Notes: a model not told the origin generated them from the letters alone. A stretch of 64,000 nucleotides of DNA from Nannocystis bainbridge (GCF_028368995.1 NZ_JAQNDL010000001.1:3008001-3072000); one strand, 5' to 3'. Counted from the first letter of the stretch, positions 29,264 through 39,886 are shown. Program-made: numbers and translations.

Positions 29264-31560
29264 CAGGTGACCGAGTTGCGGCTCGGTGTCCACAAGATCT
29301 GCGGGCGCGCGAACACGTCGGCGACGCCGCGCGCAGGCCGGACCGGCGCCGCCGCGTCTGCGGCCGGCTTGGCCTTGCGCACCGCCATGACCTCGAGGAC
29401 CGCCGCGTGGACCTTCTCGGGGCTGACCACGATCTGCTCCTCGATCTCGATCGGCGACGGGATGCCGGGGCTGGGGTCCTGGCCGAGCACGCGGGTGATC
29501 ACGTTCTCGCCGATCATCGCCTCCTGCACCGCCCCCTGGATCTCGCGGCCGAGGCTGGCGAACACGCGGTCCTCGTGGACGACCAGCAGGCGGCCGGTCT
29601 TGCGCACGCTGGCGAGCACGGCCTCGCTGTCGTAGGGCACGATGGTGCGCAGGTCGAGCAGCTCGACGTCGACGCCCTCGGCCGCCAGCTTCTGCACGGC
29701 CTCGTTGCAGAACAGGGTGCAGCGGCCCCACGTGACGACGGTGATGTCCTTGCCCGGGCGGCGCAGCGCGGCCTTGCCGAGCGGCACGCGGAAATCGTCG
29801 GGCAGGTCGGGGATGTGGCCGCCGAAGCCGATGCTGCGCTTGAGCGCCGCGATCTCCTTGGCGTCGGTCGGCTCGCCGGGGAACGCGTCGCCCAGCGTCA
29901 TGCGGTAGAGCCCCTTGGACTCGAACACCAGCACCGGGCCCGGGTACTCGGCGGCGCTGCGGAGCAGGCCGTACATGTCGCGCGAGGTCGTCGGCGCGAC
30001 GATCGTGATGCCGGGGATGGAGGCGTAGAAGCCCTCCATGCACATCGAGTGATAGACCGAGCCGCCGTGCAGCGGCTCGACCGGCAGGCGCAAGATGACG
30101 TTGACGTCGACCGTGCCCGCCGACTGCCAGCGCTGATTGCCGAGCAGCACCAGCCAGTGCAGCGTGTTGAGCGAGTAGTCGGAGAACTGGATCTCCGGGA
30201 TCGCGGTCGCGCCCTTGTGCAGGGCGAACCCGAACGCGGTGCCGAGGATCAGCGGCTCGTTGATCGGCGCGTCGCGGACCTGGTCGGGGAAGCGCTCGTG
30301 CAGGCCCTTGGTGGCCACCATCACGCCGCCCTTCTTGCCGACGTCCTGGCCGTACACCCACGACATCGGGTTGGCCTTGAGGATCGCCTGCAGCGCCGAG
30401 CGGATCGCCCCGTTGATCGAGATCGCCGTCGGCCGGTGCTCCGGCGGCGCCTCCTCGACCGCCGGGAACGGCGCGCGCACGTCGGTGAGGATCGACTCGT
30501 AGGTCGGCTCCGGCTCGGTGGCGCAGATCGCCATCGTCTCGACCACGTAGTCGTCGGCGGCCTTGGCCAGGCTGCCCCAGTCGTGGCGACGGAAGTAGTC
30601 CTTGCCCTCCGTGACCCCGTTGCGGCGCAGGATCTCGTGCGGCGCCAGCACGCCCGCCTGCACCAGCGCCTCGCCGAACTCGACCAGCGGATCGAAGCTG
30701 TCGAACTCGAACGTGAAGTCGGCCGCCGAGCTGTGGTTGTTGAGGCGCGACAGGTTCTTGACCCACATCAGCGCCGGCGCCTGCTGCTCCTTGCAGTACT
30801 CCGCGGCCGCGCGGGCGGTCTCGTAGCAGCCGAGGAAATCGTTGCCGTCACACTCGAAGTAGGCGAACCCGAAGGCGGCGGCGTAGTGCTCGAAGCTGCG
30901 GATCCCGCGGCCGTCCTCGGGCCGCACGCTGATGGCGACGTTGTTGTCGGTGACCGTCAGCAGCACCGGCAGGCGCAAGATCGAGGCGCCGGTCATGCCC
31001 TCGTGCATGTCGCTCTCGGCGGTGGTGCCGTCGCCGACCACGGCGACCACGAGGCCGTCGTCGTAGCCCTTGCGCCGCAAGCCCTGGGCGTAGCCGACGG
31101 CCTTGCCGAACTGCATGCCGAGCGCGCTCTGCACCGGCAAGGTGTTGAACCGCAGGTCGTTGAAGTGCGCCGTCATCAGCCGCCCGCCGGTCCACGGGTC
31201 GGTCGACTTGCAGAGCTGCTGGCGCATGTGGTCGAGGTGGAAGTCCGGGTAGCCGCGCAGCCGCGACCACATGGCCAAAAGGCCCGCCGAGCGGTAGTGG
31301 GCGCAGATGCCGAACGCGTTCGGGTTGACGACGTCGGCGAACGCCAGCGCCTCGGCCGCCCCGTGCAGCTCCTCGCCCGAGCCCCAGATGGCGAACTTGA
31401 TGGTGCCCTTGGCGCACTCCTGGACCACCCGCTCGACGTGACAGCGAGCGAGCAGCATCTCCTGGTAGGCCAGCCGCAACAGCTCCGGGGTCAGGCTCGG
31501 GAACCGCGCGAGGTCGCGGAGATCGAAGCGGAGAGTCTTGCTGGGCATCGGCAGGTCCAT
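29263..31560 (-). CDS. Fused 2-oxoacid dehydrogenase E1 alpha/beta subunit (ThDP-dependent)
   Basis: GDG...NN ThDP motif, YGQDVG, DAPINE, EIQFSDY, DLRTIVP, KTGRLLVVHE. Confidence 0.9.
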   Translation of the reverse strand: MDLPMPSKTLRFDLRDLARFPSLTPELLRLAYQEMLLARCHVERVVQECAKGTIKFAIWGSGEELHGAAEALAFADVVNPNAFGICAHYRSAGLLAMWSRLRGYPDFHLDHMRQQLCKSTDPWTGGRLMTAHFNDLRFNTLPVQSALGMQFGKAVGYAQGLRRKGYDDGLVVAVVGDGTTAESDMHEGMTGASILRLPVLLTVTDNNVAISVRPEDGRGIRSFEHYAAAFGFAYFECDGNDFLGCYETARAAAEYCKEQQAPALMWVKNLSRLNNHSSAADFTFEFDSFDPLVEFGEALVQAGVLAPHEILRRNGVTEGKDYFRRHDWGSLAKAADDYVVETMAICATEPEPTYESILTDVRAPFPAVEEAPPEHRPTAISINGAIRSALQAILKANPMSWVYGQDVGKKGGVMVATKGLHERFPDQVRDAPINEPLILGTAFGFALHKGATAIPEIQFSDYSLNTLHWLVLLGNQRWQSAGTVDVNVILRLPVEPLHGGSVYHSMCMEGFYASIPGITIVAPTTSRDMYGLLRSAAEYPGPVLVFESKGLYRMTLGDAFPGEPTDAKEIAALKRSIGFGGHIPDLPDDFRVPLGKAALRRPGKDITVVTWGRCTLFCNEAVQKLAAEGVDVELLDLRTIVPYDSEAVLASVRKTGRLLVVHEDRVFASLGREIQGAVQEAMIGENVITRVLGQDPSPGIPSPIEIEEQIVVSPEKVHAAVLEVMAVRKAKPAADAAAPVRPARGVADVFARPQILWTPSRNSVT

Positions 31561-31696
31561 GCGCGAGGCAAGCCTAGGCGAGATCGCCGCTGCGGTAAAC
31601 CGACCGCAGACGAGCGCTACGTCGCAGCGCAGCGGGCGCGAACGGCCTGCGTGACGTGGCGCATGCGCGACCGATCACGCGATGCAGGCGGCGCGC

Positions 31697-31732
31697 AAAC
31701 GAAATGGCACCTGGCGGAAAGGCCAGGTGCCA
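31697..31732 (-). terminator. Probable intrinsic terminator downstream of the FHA gene
   Basis: 11-bp stem tggcacctggc/gccaggtgcca followed on the minus strand by tttcgttt. Confidence 0.55.
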
Positions 31733-31766
31733 CTCGGGCTCGCCGTCACGCCGGCGACGCGCAGGC

Positions 31767-33377
31767 TCACGCGCTCGGGAGAGCGCCAGCAGCCCCGTCG
31801 AGCCGCCCGCGCGCTTCGCCCTCGGGGTCGCCGCCCTCGTGCTTGCGCCGGACCCAAAAGTACAGCCACACGCTCAGCGCCGAGGCGAAGGCGACGATGA
31901 AGGCCGTCACGCCGTTGATGACGATGCTGGTCAAGATGCCGCCGAGCGGCAGCAGGCCGAGGATGACGCCGACGATCGTCATGGCGATGGCGACCGCGAG
32001 GCCGCCGCCGAGCACCGCGGCGAGGATCGGCGCCAGCTCCTTCTTGAGCAGCTCGAAGTTGCGGCCGATCACCGCGCCGATCTTCTTGTCCTCGACGTAA
32101 TAAATCGGCGCCGCGAACACGCCGAGCACGACGCCGGGGATGAAGCAGTGGACGGCGACGTCGGCGATCCGGGCGATCGATTGCTGGACGGCCGCCTGGA
32201 TCGAGATCGGCTGGCCGAGGTAGTGGCTCAGCATGAAGCGCCCGAGCGACGGGATGAGGACCACCATCGCCGCCAGCTGCGCGAGCGCCAGCAAGGTCGC
32301 AAGCAAGGCGGCGATGCTGGCCGGGAGGATCAGGAGCCCGAGCTGCGCGAGCAGGCCGATCGGGACGAGCACGGCGCCGACGGTCGCGACCGCGGGCACG
32401 GCGACCGGATGGAACACCTTCCAGGTCTCGAGCAGGATGAACTTGACCTGCGCGACCAGGTCGCCGGGCGCCGGCTCGACGGCGGGGGCGGCAGCGTCAC
32501 CGGTCGGCGGGGTGTCGAGCATGGCCGTGTCGGGCACGAGCACGGGCGGGCCCGGCGGGACGGCCATCGGCCCGGAGATCGAGCTCGGCACCGGCTGCGG
32601 CGGCGGGGTGGCGATCGCGGACTGCGGGGTCGGGGCGCCGAACGCCCCCGGCTGCGGCGGACCGCCGAAGCCCGGCTGCGCGCCGAAGCCCGACGGCGGC
32701 TGCGCGCCGAATCCCGGCTGCTGCGGCTGCCCGTAGCCCGGCTGCTGCGGCTGCCCGAACGCCCCCGGCGCGGGCCCCGGCGGCACCGGCGAGGGGAACG
32801 GCGCCGGCGCCCCGCCCGGCATCGGCGGAGCCGCCGCGAAGCCGGCCGGAGCCCCCTGCGCGGGCCCCCCGGTCCCCGGCCGGAGCAGCGGCCCCTGATG
32901 CTGCGCGGTCGGCGCAAACGCAAAACTCCCCGGCTGCTGCCCTCCGGCGGGTGACGGCGGGGCCGGCATCACGGGCCCCGGCGGACGCGCCGCTGCGGGC
33001 TTCATCGGCGCCGGGAAGCCCGGCACCATGCCCGGGGCCGCGATCACGGTGCGGCCCTTGCCGGCGCCGCTCGAGTTGAGGCCGTCGACGCTCTGGACGG
33101 TGATGAGCGAGTTGCCGACCCGCAGAGCGATGCCAGGAGTGAGTTCGAGGTTGGCGACCCGCTGGCCCTGGAGGAGGAAGCTGCCGTTGGTCGAGCCGAG
33201 GTCGGTAAACCGGAGCGTCGCTCCGTCCCAGAGGATCTCCGCGTGGCGGCCCGAGACCTGGGTGTCGTGGAGGACGATGTCACCAGCGTCTCGGCCGATG
33301 AGGACTTTGGGCTGGGAGATCGTCCGGGTCTCCGCTGGGCGGTCGACGTACTGGATGTGGAGCGTGTACGAGGCCAT
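31767..33377 (-). CDS. FHA-domain membrane protein with a Pro/Gly/Gln-rich linker
   Basis: IGRD...VSGRHA...DLGSTNGS FHA motif; several C-terminal TM helices. Confidence 0.9.
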   Translation of the reverse strand: MASYTLHIQYVDRPAETRTISQPKVLIGRDAGDIVLHDTQVSGRHAEILWDGATLRFTDLGSTNGSFLLQGQRVANLELTPGIALRVGNSLITVQSVDGLNSSGAGKGRTVIAAPGMVPGFPAPMKPAAARPPGPVMPAPPSPAGGQQPGSFAFAPTAQHQGPLLRPGTGGPAQGAPAGFAAAPPMPGGAPAPFPSPVPPGPAPGAFGQPQQPGYGQPQQPGFGAQPPSGFGAQPGFGGPPQPGAFGAPTPQSAIATPPPQPVPSSISGPMAVPPGPPVLVPDTAMLDTPPTGDAAAPAVEPAPGDLVAQVKFILLETWKVFHPVAVPAVATVGAVLVPIGLLAQLGLLILPASIAALLATLLALAQLAAMVVLIPSLGRFMLSHYLGQPISIQAAVQQSIARIADVAVHCFIPGVVLGVFAAPIYYVEDKKIGAVIGRNFELLKKELAPILAAVLGGGLAVAIAMTIVGVILGLLPLGGILTSIVINGVTAFIVAFASALSVWLYFWVRRKHEGGDPEGEARGRLDGAAGALPSA

Positions 33378-33422
33378 CGAGGTCTCCGGGGGGTCGCGGT
33401 AGGCTTGCGCAGAGTGTCACAA

Positions 33423-35123
33423 ATGCCCGCCGTGCGGCGCAACCATCGCGCCGATGTCCTGCCAGTACAAGAGTCGCCACCTCCGTGGGGCCCCGCCGAG
33501 ATCCGCTCGCTGTGGGACCGCTTGCGGCGAGAGGACGCCGATGGGCGCGGGCGAGCCGAGCCCGCGTGGGACCTCGTGGTCGTGGGGGCTGGGATCGCCG
33601 GCGCGGGGGTCGCCCGCGACGCGGCCCTCCGCGGCCTGCGGGTCCTCGTCGTCGAGGCGCGGGACCTGGCCTTCGGGACCTCCTCGCGCTCGAGCCGACT
33701 GATCCACGGCGGCGTCCGCTACCTCGAGCAAGGCGAGCTCGGCCTGGTCTACGAGGCCCTCCGCGAGCGCCGCCTGCTCTACAAGATCGCCGGGCACATC
33801 GTCCAACCGGCGCGCTTCCTGTTCCCCGCCTACCGCGGCGACCGCTTGCCGCTGTGGAAGCTGCGCATCGGGCTGTCGCTCTACGACGCCCTCAGCCTCT
33901 ACCGCAGCCACGGCCACCGCGTGCTCCGCCCCGCCGCCGCCCGCGCGCTCGAGCCGCTGCTGCGCGAGGAAGGCCTCCGCGGCGCCGTCACCTACGAGGA
34001 CGCGGTCACCGACGACGCCCGCCTCACCCTCGCCACGCTGCAGGACGCCCGCCGCCACGGGGCGCAGGTCCTCACCTACGCGCCGGTGGTGGCGCTGCGC
34101 CGCGAAGGCGAAGTCCAGGTCGTCGAACTCGAGGGCGGCCTGCAGGTGCGCGCGCGGTCGGTGGTCGTCGCCGCCGGGCCATGGACCTCCGAGCGGTTGC
34201 TCGGGGTCGCCGGCGCCCACCTGCTGGCCCTGTCGCGCGGCATCCACCTGGTCCTGCGCGCCGAGGACGTCCCGATCCGCCAGCCCCTCGTGGTCCAGGC
34301 GCAGCAGGAGCGGCGGATCCTGTTCGTCGTGCCCTGGGGCGCGCGGACCTACCTCGGCACCACCGACACCGCCTACGACGGCGACCCGGCCGCGTCCGGC
34401 GTCACCGCCAGCGACACCGACGAGCTGTTCGCCCTGATCGGCAAGGTCTTGCCGGGCGCGGTGCTCGGCCGGGACCGCATCGTCAGCGCGTGGTCGGGCG
34501 TGCGGCCGCTGGTGCGCGACGAGCATGCCGATCCCGGCGACCCGACAGTCGAGATCTCCCGCTCGCACCGCATCCTCGAGACCGAAAGCGGCGTCATCGC
34601 CGTGGTCGGCGGCAAGCTCACCACCTATCGCTCGATGGCCGAGGAGACCGTCGACCGCGTGGTCCGCCGCTTGCGGCAACGTGGCCAGCTCCCGGCCGGC
34701 ATCGGCCGCTGCCAGACCCATCGCTACCCGCTGGTCGCCGGCTTGCCGCTCTCGGCCGAGGAGCTGCGAGAGCCTCACCTCGCCGATCTCGCCGGGCGGC
34801 ACGGGCCGTTCGCCCGCCGGCTCGTCGACCAGATCCACGGCGACCCGCAGCTCGGCGCCCGCATGATCGACGACCTGCCGTACTGCTGGGCCGAGGTCGA
34901 GCACGCCATCCACCACGAGGGCGCCGTGCACCTCGAGGATGTCCTGCGCCGACGGATCCCCCTCGCCCTGACCGACGCCGGCCTCGGCGCCCGCGTCGCC
35001 CGCGAGGTCGCCACCCGCCTCGTCACCGCCTGGGGCGGCAGCGCCGCCGACATCGAGGCCGAGCTGCAGCGCTACCGCGAGGCGATGCACGTCGAGACCG
35101 GGCGGATCCTCGCGCCCTGCTGA
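33423..35123 (+). CDS. glpD: FAD-dependent glycerol-3-phosphate dehydrogenase
   Basis: VVGAGIAG, GTSSRSSRLIHGGVRYLE, DDARL, GTTD, WSGVRPL, GGKLTTYR; start approximate. Confidence 0.9.
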   Translation: MPAVRRNHRADVLPVQESPPPWGPAEIRSLWDRLRREDADGRGRAEPAWDLVVVGAGIAGAGVARDAALRGLRVLVVEARDLAFGTSSRSSRLIHGGVRYLEQGELGLVYEALRERRLLYKIAGHIVQPARFLFPAYRGDRLPLWKLRIGLSLYDALSLYRSHGHRVLRPAAARALEPLLREEGLRGAVTYEDAVTDDARLTLATLQDARRHGAQVLTYAPVVALRREGEVQVVELEGGLQVRARSVVVAAGPWTSERLLGVAGAHLLALSRGIHLVLRAEDVPIRQPLVVQAQQERRILFVVPWGARTYLGTTDTAYDGDPAASGVTASDTDELFALIGKVLPGAVLGRDRIVSAWSGVRPLVRDEHADPGDPTVEISRSHRILETESGVIAVVGGKLTTYRSMAEETVDRVVRRLRQRGQLPAGIGRCQTHRYPLVAGLPLSAEELREPHLADLAGRHGPFARRLVDQIHGDPQLGARMIDDLPYCWAEVEHAIHHEGAVHLEDVLRRRIPLALTDAGLGARVAREVATRLVTAWGGSAADIEAELQRYREAMHVETGRILAPC

Positions 35124-35138
35124 GGTTTACTCCCCTCG

Positions 35139-35218
35139 GGACATGTTCATCAACACATGCCCCGATGAACATGTTCTCTCAAACATGTTCGTGCGGACAT
35201 GTCTCCGAGGGCATGTCC
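35139..35218. repeat. 14-bp-period decamer array (6 units)
   Basis: ggacatgttc 35139, acacatgccc 35153, gaacatgttc 35167, aaacatgttc 35181, ggacatgtct 35195, gggcatgtcc 35209. Confidence 0.9.
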
Positions 35219-35266
35219 CTCGACCTGGCCCAGCCCGCGACCTGTCCCGAAAGCCAACCGGCGAGT

Positions 35267-35512
35267 TCAGCCGCCGACCAGCCCGGCGAGGCCGGTCACT
35301 GCCCAGGCGATCCACCCGTCGGGGTAGTGGGCTCCGAGCAGCACGCCGCCGCCGAAGATCCCGCCGAACACCAGGCTGGGCACGCCGACCCAGCCGATGA
35401 GCCAGGCCACCCGGGACGGCGGCGCCTCTTCTTCCTCGCGCTTGGCCGGCTGGTTGCCCGGGGGCTCCTGCCGCTTGGGGCTGTTGCTTGCGACGCGGGC
35501 GGGGGCGGCCAT
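35267..35512 (-). CDS. Small membrane protein
   Basis: Hydrophobic C-terminal half; starts 1 nt after the upstream stop. Confidence 0.65.
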   Translation of the reverse strand: MAAPARVASNSPKRQEPPGNQPAKREEEEAPPSRVAWLIGWVGVPSLVFGGIFGGGVLLGAHYPDGWIAWAVTGLAGLVGG

Positions 35513-35513
35513 C

Positions 35514-36479
35514 TCAGTGCTCTCCTTCGGGGGCGGCCTCGTCGGCCGGCGGCGCGGGCGAGTCCTCGGCTTCGGGGGTGAACGGCAGGTGCTTGCGCTC
35601 GAGCAAGATCCGCCGCTCCTCGACCGAGAACGCGATCGTCTCGGAGTCGGCGGCGATCGGGTCGCTGCCCATCGCCTGGGTGACCGCGCGCAGCAGGCCG
35701 CGCAGGTGCGGCGCCGGCGAGGTCGGGTCGGAGCTGAACGCGATCGCGGTCGAGGCCTGGTTCTTGGCGGTGGTGGGCCCGGCCTGCACCGGCGTGCGGA
35801 TCATGCGGCCGCCGAGGCCGAGCACCAGGTCGGCGCCGTCGCTGCCGACCGCCTCGAGGTCGGCGAACGCCGCCTGTCCCGAAGACCAGGTCATCGGCCG
35901 GGCGATCACCCCGCGCAGCTCGAGCTCGACGCCGATCTGGCGCAGCAGCACCTGCGAGGCCCAGCGGACGTGGCGTTCGACGTAGTCGATCCAGTCGCTG
36001 CGGCGGTCGAACACCTCGTCGTCGACCACCACCTTGATGCGGATCTTGAGCGGCTCGCCGAGGCGGGCCTGCAGCTCGGGCGGCAGCGGGGCCGGGTCGG
36101 CGACCGCGACGGGGATCGAGTCGAGCCCACGCGGCGCCTCGACCGGCTTGGCGGGCTCCGGCGTGGGAGTGGGCTTGGCGGGCTCCGGCGTGGTCTCCGG
36201 CTTGCTCGGCTCCGGCTTGGCCGGCTCCGGCGTGGCCTCGGGCTTCGGCGTCGGCGCGACCTCGGGCTTCGGCTCCGGCTTGTCCGGCGGCGCCGGTCTG
36301 CTCGGCTCGCCGGGGACCACCACGTCGAGCCCGAGCCAGTCGCGCTCGAACGAGAGGATCGCCGTCCGGTGCCCGTGCCCCACATAGACGCCGGCGCCGA
36401 ACAGCCCGACCACGAAGGCGACGGGCAAGCCGATGAGGACCGCCAGCTTGCCGAGACTCTTCAGACGCGCCGCACTCAT
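35514..36479 (-). CDS. Membrane-anchored hypothetical protein with a PEP-rich linker
   Basis: N-terminal TM, KPEP repeats, globular C-terminal domain. Confidence 0.75.
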   Translation of the reverse strand: MSAARLKSLGKLAVLIGLPVAFVVGLFGAGVYVGHGHRTAILSFERDWLGLDVVVPGEPSRPAPPDKPEPKPEVAPTPKPEATPEPAKPEPSKPETTPEPAKPTPTPEPAKPVEAPRGLDSIPVAVADPAPLPPELQARLGEPLKIRIKVVVDDEVFDRRSDWIDYVERHVRWASQVLLRQIGVELELRGVIARPMTWSSGQAAFADLEAVGSDGADLVLGLGGRMIRTPVQAGPTTAKNQASTAIAFSSDPTSPAPHLRGLLRAVTQAMGSDPIAADSETIAFSVEERRILLERKHLPFTPEAEDSPAPPADEAAPEGEH

Positions 36480-36588
36480 ACCTGTGAAGCCAGTATACTG
36501 CGCCTTTCAAAAGGACCAGTCCGGGCTGCGAGATCGGCGTGAATTCGCCGATTTTGCGCGCTTCGGCCGGCCCCCTGGGCGCACTCGC

Positions 36589-37605
36589 TCAGAGCCCGTC
36601 GAGCGCGCTCTCCTCGATCTCGCACGACTTCGGGTCACCGAAGCCGTAGCCGGGCGCTTCGAGCGCATAGGGCTCGTTCAGCGCGCGCCACGTGAGGAAG
36701 CCGTCGGCGCCCTGGCACTCGTCGAGGAACAGGTCGCCGTGCTTCATGTCGCCGACGCCATCGACCTCGAGGATGCTGCCGCGCGCCCGCCCGTTGCCTG
36801 CAGCGTCCCAGGCCGCCTGCACGCTCGCCTTCTCGCGCTCCGGCCCGCTCCAGCCGTAGTCGTCCCACTCGCCGTACAGCGTCAAGTCGAAGCTCCCGCC
36901 GCCCTCGGCGTCGCGCGTGTAGCTGTACTTGTCGTCGCTGTAGAACACGTCATCGTCGAGCCAGCCGAGGTACTCGAAGCTGGCCGCCTGGAAGTCGAGG
37001 TCGATGCGCTTCTGCTCGGTCTCGACGTCGCGCTCGAAGGTGACGGCGACGAAACCTCCGACCACGCTCATGTCGGCGTCGGGCCCCTTCATCTCGGGGT
37101 GCTTCTCGACCACGTCGAAGTCCAGCTCGAACCCGCCGCTGCGCTTGCTGCCGTCCTTGTGCAGGTCGCCCTTCATCAGCAGCGCCATCGCGCCCTGGTC
37201 CGCGGCCCCGCGGCCGCCGACGTAGATCTGGTAGTTCGCGCCGTCCTCGATCGACTCGACGCGGACCAGCCACGCCAGGTCGCGGCCGTCGTTGTCGTCG
37301 TACGGCCCGTAGATGCGGGTGTTGCCCTCGCGCGCGCTCGGCTGCACGTCGTCGAGGTAGGCGATCACGCGCGCGCAGTGCTCGACCAGCATCGTCACCC
37401 AGCGGTTGACGTGCCCGGCCGTGGACTCGACGCCGAGGTGCAGCAGCCCGCGGACCTGCCCGCCCTCGCGCGCCGCGATCGACTCCGGCAGATCGATCCG
37501 GACATCGTCGGCCTCGACGAAGGCCGTCTCCTCGTCGGCGTTGGCGAAGAAACAGCCGGTGGCCAGGGTCGCGGACAGGGCGAACAGCGGGGCGAAGCGC
37601 GTCAT
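36589..37605 (-). CDS. Acidic hypothetical lipoprotein
   Basis: LATGC lipobox, strong GC3 bias. Confidence 0.75.
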   Translation of the reverse strand: MTRFAPLFALSATLATGCFFANADEETAFVEADDVRIDLPESIAAREGGQVRGLLHLGVESTAGHVNRWVTMLVEHCARVIAYLDDVQPSAREGNTRIYGPYDDNDGRDLAWLVRVESIEDGANYQIYVGGRGAADQGAMALLMKGDLHKDGSKRSGGFELDFDVVEKHPEMKGPDADMSVVGGFVAVTFERDVETEQKRIDLDFQAASFEYLGWLDDDVFYSDDKYSYTRDAEGGGSFDLTLYGEWDDYGWSGPEREKASVQAAWDAAGNGRARGSILEVDGVGDMKHGDLFLDECQGADGFLTWRALNEPYALEAPGYGFGDPKSCEIEESALDGL

Positions 37606-37735
37606 GCCGGCCCCTCTAGCGCGCGCCATTCCAGCCGCGCCCGGCCGGTTTCGCCAGCGATCCCGGGCTTTTGCTCCGCCGTTCGGATTCGCGCGCCGGG
37701 GGCTGTGGCGAAATGCCACGCCGCGCCGCGCCACG

Positions 37736-39112
37736 TCATCGGCCGGTGAGGACCGCCGCCGGGTCCATGCGCGCGGCCCTGCGGGCGGGCAGCCACGCGC
37801 CGAGGACACAGAACCCCGCGGCGAAGCCGAGCGCCAGGGCCACGAGGTCGAAGCTGAACGCGAAGTACGTCTCGGGCTTGTACGGGAAGTCCGGCAGGTG
37901 CCGGGCCGACACGTAGTCGAACACGCGGCTGGCCCCGTACGCCAGGCCGACGCCGATCGCCCCCGCGACCAGGCCGACGCTGGCCGCCTCGCCGAGGATG
38001 ATGCGCTGGATGTCGGAGCGCCGGGCCCCGACCGCCCGCATGATCCCGATCTCCCGCTGGCGCTCGTACACCAGCATGAAGAACACGTGCATGATGTTGA
38101 CCGCCGCGATGCCGACGATGATCGTCGACAGCAGGCTGAACACCAGCACGAACACGCTGATGAGGAACCCGGCCTGCTCGGCGCCGCCGTCGGTGACCTC
38201 GAAGCCGAGCTCCTCGATCTTCTTGGCCACCGCCGCGACCTGGTCCTTGCCCTCGATCTTGACGATGATCGAGTGGTAACGGGTCGCCGCCTCGGGCGTG
38301 CCGAAGTGGACGTTGTAGCGGGCCACCTGCGACAGCGGCATCGTCACGCCCAGCGGCACCGCCTTGTCGGAGAAGCCGACCAGCTTGAGCCGGTCGTACA
38401 GCAGTTGGTCCTTCTCGGCCGCCTGCACCATCGACGCCCCGACCCGCATCTCGAGCGACACGCCGACCAGGAAGTCCGGGTTGAGCCGCGGCAGGTTGTA
38501 GGCCCGGCGCAGCGAGCCGTTGTAGATCTCGAGCATGTGCGGCGACGCCAGCACCGGCACGTAGTCGCGGCACACCTTGCCCGGCCCGCCCTGGTACGGC
38601 TTGCCGCAGTACATGTCCTTGCCGCACGCCGAGTCGTCGGCGCAGGCCGTCGGCGTCTTGCTCGGCTCGGGCACGTCGCGGAACAGCTCGGCGCCCGCGA
38701 CCTCGCCCTCCACCAGCGCCGGGTCGATGCCGTCGACGATCAGCTCGGTGCGGATGTCGTTGCCGATGATCTCCTTGCCGCCGAGCCCGATCGCCGGGGC
38801 CGTCAGCTTCATCTTCGGGAACACCCCGCGCACCCCCGCGACCCCGCGCAGCTGCTGCGCCGCCGACTCGTCGAGCACGTCGCTGGCGAGCCCGAGGCTG
38901 ACGGGGCCGACGTCGAGCGTCATCGACTTGGCGATCACCTCGAGCTGGTCGAGCGGGAAGATCTTGCCGAGCACGACCTGGCGCACGCCGGCGCCGAGGG
39001 CCAGGAAGAACGCGAACGCGGCGATGCCGACGATCACGCCGACCGACGCCAGCGCGAAGTGGATCGCGTTGTTGCGCAGGTTGCCGCGGACGATCGCGCC
39101 GAGGCTGCTCAT
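37736..39112 (-). CDS. ABC transporter permease (MacB/FtsX family)
   Basis: ERQREIGIMRAVGA, PARRAARMDP; 4 TM segments; Cys-rich periplasmic insert. Confidence 0.9.
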   Translation of the reverse strand: MSSLGAIVRGNLRNNAIHFALASVGVIVGIAAFAFFLALGAGVRQVVLGKIFPLDQLEVIAKSMTLDVGPVSLGLASDVLDESAAQQLRGVAGVRGVFPKMKLTAPAIGLGGKEIIGNDIRTELIVDGIDPALVEGEVAGAELFRDVPEPSKTPTACADDSACGKDMYCGKPYQGGPGKVCRDYVPVLASPHMLEIYNGSLRRAYNLPRLNPDFLVGVSLEMRVGASMVQAAEKDQLLYDRLKLVGFSDKAVPLGVTMPLSQVARYNVHFGTPEAATRYHSIIVKIEGKDQVAAVAKKIEELGFEVTDGGAEQAGFLISVFVLVFSLLSTIIVGIAAVNIMHVFFMLVYERQREIGIMRAVGARRSDIQRIILGEAASVGLVAGAIGVGLAYGASRVFDYVSARHLPDFPYKPETYFAFSFDLVALALGFAAGFCVLGAWLPARRAARMDPAAVLTGR

Positions 39113-39852
39113 GGCCGCACCTCCTCGTCGCCGCTCGGGGCCGCCGAGGCCGCGCTGGTGTTCACTCCGCCGAGCTCGACCACGCCGTCGCGGATCTCGA
39201 TCACCCGGTCGGCCGCCGCCGCGATCGTCGGGTCGTGGGTCACGATCGTCAGCGTCACCCCGGACTCGTCGCGCAGCTTGCGAAACAGCGCGATGATGGC
39301 CGACGCCGACGCGCTGTCGAGGTTGCCGGTCGGCTCGTCGCAGATGAGCAGCTGCGGCTTGTGATAGAGCGCCCGCGCGATCGCCAGCCGCTGCTTCTGC
39401 CCGCCCGACAGCGTGCTCGGCCGCGTCCCGCACTTGTCGCTGATGCCGACCATCTCCATCAGCTCGCGCGCCCGCCCGAGCCGCACGTCCTTGCTCTCCT
39501 TGCCCTGGACGCTGAACAGCGCCGGCAAGGCGACGTTGTCCTCGCAGCTCAGGTGGTCGAGCAGGTGGAACGCCTGGAACACGAAGCCGATGGTGGCGTT
39601 GCGGTAGGCGCTGAGCTCGGCGTCGGACAGCGCGCGCAGCTCCTTGCCCGCGACCTTGAGCTCGCCCGAGTAGTCGGTGTCGAGCCCGCCGAGCAGCGCC
39701 AGCAGCGTGCTCTTGCCGCTGCCCGAGCGCCCGACCACCGCCGTGAATTCGCCGGCGCCCACGTCGAAGTCGACGCCGCGGAGCACCGGCAGCTCGCCCG
39801 CCCTTGCGCCGGCGAGGCGGTAGCTCTTGTGGATCCCGCGGGCGCGGATCAT
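39109..39852 (-). CDS. ABC transporter ATP-binding protein (LolD/MacB-like)
   Basis: GRSGSGKST, GFVFQ, LSGGQKQR, DEPTGNLD, VTHD. Confidence 0.95.
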   Translation of the reverse strand: MIRARGIHKSYRLAGARAGELPVLRGVDFDVGAGEFTAVVGRSGSGKSTLLALLGGLDTDYSGELKVAGKELRALSDAELSAYRNATIGFVFQAFHLLDHLSCEDNVALPALFSVQGKESKDVRLGRARELMEMVGISDKCGTRPSTLSGGQKQRLAIARALYHKPQLLICDEPTGNLDSASASAIIALFRKLRDESGVTLTIVTHDPTIAAAADRVIEIRDGVVELGGVNTSAASAAPSGDEEVRP

Positions 39853-39886
39853 CGCCGTGGACGCTACTCGCTGCGGGCGATCGCGG

